Source: Microcoleaceae cyanobacterium
Lineage (GTDB): Bacteria > Cyanobacteriota > Cyanobacteriia > Cyanobacteriales > Microcoleaceae
Assembly: GCA_051652765.1 (NCBI GenBank)
Contig: JBOFUV010000074.1
Span: 32,182-96,181, forward strand
Reading direction: 5' to 3'
Length of the DNA stretch: 64,000 nucleotides
In this document: piece by piece, positions 63,160 to 64,000 of the stretch
Layout of the letters: each line of letters starts with the position of its first letter
How positions within the stretch are numbered: the first letter of the stretch is position 1
Notes under the pieces: generated by a model
Database searches by the model: none
Told to the model about the DNA's origin: nothing
What the model saw: only the letters and a program-made list of their open reading frames with translations
Program-made: the position numbers and the translations under genes

Positions 63160-63318
63160 TCAGATTTTCCCATGTCGTTCAACCTTGCTGTTAGAATCTT
63201 CCTGTTCAACCTTGCTGTTAAAAGCCTCCCGTTAAAAAATTTGAAGGGAATGGCAGGAATGACACTCTAGCTTGACAATGAGAGATTAAGGAACCGTAAC
63301 CAGAGCACCGTTATTGCA

Positions 63319-64000
63319 ATGTCACAACCAACCATTGAATCAATTCTGAATGAAAAGCGACTTTTTGAGCCTTCGGCAGAATTTTCGCAGAATGCTCACA
63401 TCAAAAGTTTAGCCGCGTATCAGCAGCTTTACGAACGGGCAAAAGCTGACCCTGAGGGATTTTGGGCGGAATTGGCGGAACAGGAACTGGAGTGGTTTCA
63501 AAAATGGGATGTGGTGCTAGACTGGCAACCTCCTTTTGCTAAATGGTTTGTCGGCGGCAAGATCAATATTTCCCACAATTGTTTGGATCGTCATCTCACG
63601 ACCTGGAGACGCAACAAAGCTGCCCTGATTTGGGAAGGGGAGCCGGGAGATTCCCGCACGTTAACCTATGCCCAACTGCACCGAGAAGTTTGCCAGATGG
63701 CCAATGTGATCAAACAACTTGGCGTACAAAAAGGCGATCGCGTTGGAATTTACATGCCGATGATTCCGGAGGCTGCCATTGCGATGTTGGCCTGTGCGCG
63801 GATTGGTGCCCCTCATAACGTTGTATTTGGAGGGTTTAGTGCAGAAGCCTTGAAGGATCGCCTGGAAGACGCGGAAGCCAAGTTGGTGATCACTGCCGAT
63901 GGGGGCTGGCGCAAGGATGCTATTGTGCCCCTGAAAGAACAAGTTGATCAAGCACTCCAAACCGGAGCCTCCAGCGTTAATAATGTGTTGGTGGTCAAGC
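63319..64000 (+). CDS. acs: Acetate--CoA ligase, 5' part (runs off window)
   Basis: Manual translation [67 protein letters not shown]. Confidence 0.95.
   Translation, partial: MSQPTIESILNEKRLFEPSAEFSQNAHIKSLAAYQQLYERAKADPEGFWAELAEQELEWFQKWDVVLDWQPPFAKWFVGGKINISHNCLDRHLTTWRRNKAALIWEGEPGDSRTLTYAQLHREVCQMANVIKQLGVQKGDRVGIYMPMIPEAAIAMLACARIGAPHNVVFGGFSAEALKDRLEDAEAKLVITADGGWRKDAIVPLKEQVDQALQTGASSVNNVLVVK

Overview
64-kb chromosomal window from a filamentous cyanobacterium, inferred from frequent HIP1 GCGATCGC octamers, fraC/fraD-like genes, tocopherol cyclase and CHASE2/CHAT/DUF928 genes. Bases 1-7735 hold a decaying chromosomal integron. It has a frameshifted and truncated intI, an attI-like site preceded by phased 41-bp repeats, at least five attC sites, and cassettes carrying TA pairs, a nuclease-ParA/ParB-like pair, an inverted flavin-binding gene pair, two related gene-less cassettes and pseudogene debris. 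The middle is mostly housekeeping and signalling (CHASE2 cyclase, GGDEF/EAL, mgsA, argC, pilMNO, queD) plus a small sugar-modification cluster. 35-55 kb holds an RTX/DUF2272/lysozyme protein and a six-gene locus: TpsA-CHAT, TpsB, CHAT-CHASE2, DUF928, a sigma-like protein and DUF1822. This locus is a candidate caspase-like proteolytic signalling system. Near the end is a tRNA-Arg(CCT) interrupted by a 291-nt group I intron. Many gene boundaries carry unrelated 12-15-bp tandem repeats. All family calls come from motif recognition by eye; no database searches were run.
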